The notes under the pieces are model-generated. The model ran no database searches and had not been told where the DNA came from. It saw only the letters and a list, made by a program, of their open reading frames with translations. Positions 61,151 through 64,000 of a DNA stretch of 64,000 nt are shown here, in pieces. The translations under genes and the position numbers were made by a program. Within the stretch, counting starts at the first letter, position 1, and each line of letters opens with the position of its first letter. This DNA comes from Eledone cirrhosa. Taxonomy: Eukaryota. The stretch spans positions 18,414,001 through 18,478,000 of the forward strand of contig OZ024757.1 of the NCBI GenBank assembly GCA_964016885.1, given 5' to 3'.

Positions 61151-61897
61151 TTCTATCAGACGTTCTAGCAACTGCCATTCTATCTGACCTTCTAACCACT
61201 CTACCATTCTATCAGATGTTCTAACCCCACTCCCATTATATCAGCCGTTCTAACGACTGCCATTCTATCAGCCGTTCTAACGACTGCCATTCTATCAGCC
61301 GTTCTATCGACTGCCATTCTATCAGACGTTCTAACGACTGCCATTCTATCAGACGTTCTAACGACTGCCATTCTATCAGCCGTTCTAACGACTGCCATTC
61401 TATCAGACGTTCTAACGACTCTACCATTCTATCTGACCTTCTAACGACTGCCATTCTATCAGCCGTTCTAACGACTGCCATTCTATCAGCCGTTCTATCG
61501 ACTGCCATTCTATCAGCCGTTCTCACGACTGCCATTCTATCAGACGTTCTAACGACTGCCATTCTATCAGCCGTTCTAACGACTGCCATTCTATCAGACG
61601 TTCTAACGACTCTACCATTCTATCTGACCTTCTAACCACTATACCATTCTATCTGACCTTCTAACCACTATACCATTCTATTTGACCTTCTAACCACTAT
61701 ACCATTCTATCAAACGTTCTAACGACTCTACCATTCTATCAGATGTTCTAACGAGTCTACTATTCTATCTGACCTTCTAACCACTATACCATTCTATCAA
61801 ACGTTCTAACGACTCTACCATTCTATCAGATGTTCTAACGACTCTACCATTCTATCAGATGTTCTAACGAGTCTACCATTCTATCAGACGTTCTAAC
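61128..61897. repeat. 27-bp tandem satellite, ~28 copies (ttctatcagacgttctaacgactgcca)
   Basis: Direct reading. Confidence 0.95.
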
Positions 61898-61914
61898 AGT
61901 TATGAATATTAAGT

Positions 61915-61986
61915 TTAGGGTTAGGTTATTAAGTTTAGGGTTAGGGTTAGGTTATTAAATTTAGGGTTAGGCTTAGGGTGAGGGTT
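61915..61986 (+). repeat. Short degenerate interstitial (TTAGGG)n
   Basis: Several ttaggg/ttagg units. Confidence 0.7.
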
Positions 61987-62454
61987 AAGTTATTAACTTT
62001 ACTGTTAGTTGCTAGGTTTAGTGTTTTGTATCTTACTCAATGCTTTGTTCTTAATTAAAAATGATTTTACTTTAGATGTAATTAATCATGTAATTATGTT
62101 CTTAATTATGTTCTTAATTTAATTATTGTTGTCGTTATTGTTGTTGTTGTCTTTGTCGTTGCTGTTGTTATTGTCGTTGTTGTAATTTTTGTTGATGTCG
62201 TTGTTATTGCTGTTGCTGTTATTGTTGTTGTTGTTGTTTAGCTTCAGTTCAGCCTTAATCAAACGGAAATAAGTTGAAACAACAAATGTCCTACGGCCTT
62301 TCTGTGTTACTATAACACAAATATATCTAGGAGTACATTATCCAATGTGATCATAATCTACCTTTTAGGATTTGATGAATATTTTAAGGTGATACCCCTC
62401 CCAGATAGACAGGTGGGGGGGGGTGTTGGTAGAGTCGTTAGAGTGCGCTGCTCA

Positions 62455-63035
62455 ATGCATCTTGAAGTTGTTTGGCCGAGAAGATCATGTCAACTGTGCC
62501 TCTGCCATTCCTAAAGCCACATTGCTGTTGAGGTACATCCTGAGTCCCAATGTGCTGTATCAATCTGTCCAACAATATCCTGCACAAGATCTTCCCAGCC
62601 ACAGATAGCAGTGAGATGCTTCTGTAGTTGCCACAGTTATCTATGCCTCCCTTTCCTTTGTAAAGTACCACCATCAATGCCTCTTTCCAGTCCTGCGGTA
62701 GATCTTCATTCCAAACATTCACAAAGAGATCAGTGAAGCAGTTAAAGAATTTATCACCAGCACACTTGAAAATCTTGTCACTCAGTCCCATCCATTCCAG
62801 GTGACTTGGCAATGGCCTTCAAACCACCTCATCAAATGAAGGAGGATTAGTCATTGCCAGCTTTTAGGTCTGGATGGAATCGACCGGATGAACTCATCAT
62901 CAATTTCTGATGGTCTGTTGAGAAGCTCATCAAAATGGTTATGCCACCTGATCAGGATTTCCTTTGGAGCGAGGTGGTCATATTTGTTGGACCATACACC
63001 TCCCTGAGCAGATTGTATAAGAGCTTTGTATCATG
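62455..63035 (-). pseudogene. RTE LINE reverse transcriptase N-terminal fragment
   Basis: LLREVYGP..PQDWKEALMVVLYKGKG..CGNYRSISLLSVAGKILCRILLDRL..QCGFRNGRGTVDMIFSAKQLQ. Confidence 0.92.
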
Positions 63036-63365
63036 TCTACATACATATATACATAGGATTAGAATACTGGAGCGTGTTTGAGTCAAACACCCTCTTCGTA
63101 TTATAGAAATGACAGTAAAAGGTATAGCTCAATGCAGTTAAACAGAGCCAAAAAATTAAGATTTATATAATTTTGTTGTTTATTATATAATTTTGTTGTT
63201 TATTATTTGTTATAAGTGTTTCTTGTAATTATATCATAGTATTGCCTCATGTATATTGAGTAGATGTATTAGTATTATTTTTCACTATTACCATGCTTAT
63301 TTTTAATATTCAAACTTCTAATAGGGCTTAATTTCTGTGTAATAGAACATAGATATGTGTATTGT

Positions 63366-63402
<37 letters not shown>

Positions 63403-63735
63403 ACATATATACATGTATATATTGTACCTTTTGATTTTTAATTTGGAATTTTAATGTTGGTATAAATATATTATTATTATAATGTATTATATTGTGTTAT
63501 ATATAATTCCTGCTCTATATAACCAAATTTGTTTAGATTTAGGTTGGTAGCTTTGGACTATATTTGTAATATGGTTCTTAATGTTATCTACATCCTTAGT
63601 TATTATAATTTTATTATTTTTATCTTTATTTTCATTTTTATTATCGTATATCTTTGCAAGACATTAGTGTATGTACACTCCATATTCTTCAGAGTTTCTG
63701 GCTTGTATCTGCCGATATTACCTCTTGTTGTTTTG

Positions 63736-63780
63736 ATTGCCCTGATGAGTCCTTAATAGGACGAAACATTGTCGGCTAAT
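63736..63780 (+). ncRNA. Minimal type I hammerhead ribozyme
   Basis: AUUGCC-CUGAUGA-GUCC uuaaua GGAC-GAAA-C auu G-UC-GGCuAAU, overlapping AATAAA. Confidence 0.88.
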
Positions 63781-63972
63781 AAAAACTTTTGATGTATTAA
63801 AGGATTCTTTGTTTTACTCTCTTAATACATATATACATACATAGATATATACATGCATACACATATACACACACACATACATACATACATACATACATAC
63901 ATACATACATACATACATACATACATACATACATACATACATACATACATACATACATACATACATACATAC

Positions 63973-64000
63973 ATACATACAAACTGCATGCTTATCAGTA
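63973..64000 (+). mobile_element. Start of another 5'-truncated R4/Dong-like copy
   Basis: catacatacaaactgcatgcttatcag matches 45173-45199. Confidence 0.6.

Noticed and set aside
61915-61986. True telomere
   Set aside because: Short, degenerate and internal to the window.

Overview
Eukaryotic, AT-rich, essentially gene-free 64-kb window. A mollusc or cephalopod source is inferred only from the repeat content. It is dominated by (TA)n/(TG)n/(TATG)n microsatellite tracts and minisatellites, and nearly all ORFs in the track are translations of those repeats. Real coding signal is limited to decayed transposons: RTE-clade LINE pieces (APE start at 1-323, 3' zinc-finger end, RT fragment), an R4/Dong-like element, a Tc1 transposase pseudogene, and one possible 9-codon first exon. 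Also present are two tRNA-derived SINE families, a ~600-bp bipartite RTE-derived non-autonomous element (4 copies) and a Helentron-like tandem array. The main hidden signal is a dense set of type I hammerhead ribozyme motifs: 13 with intact cores by manual folding, plus truncated and variant ones. They sit in several short non-coding Penelope/retrozyme-like families inserted in (TA)n, often with inverted duplications. Some have palindromic stem III, some a long or branched stem II, and one family has a non-canonical CAGAAGA core. All folds and alignments were done by eye, and element boundaries are approximate.
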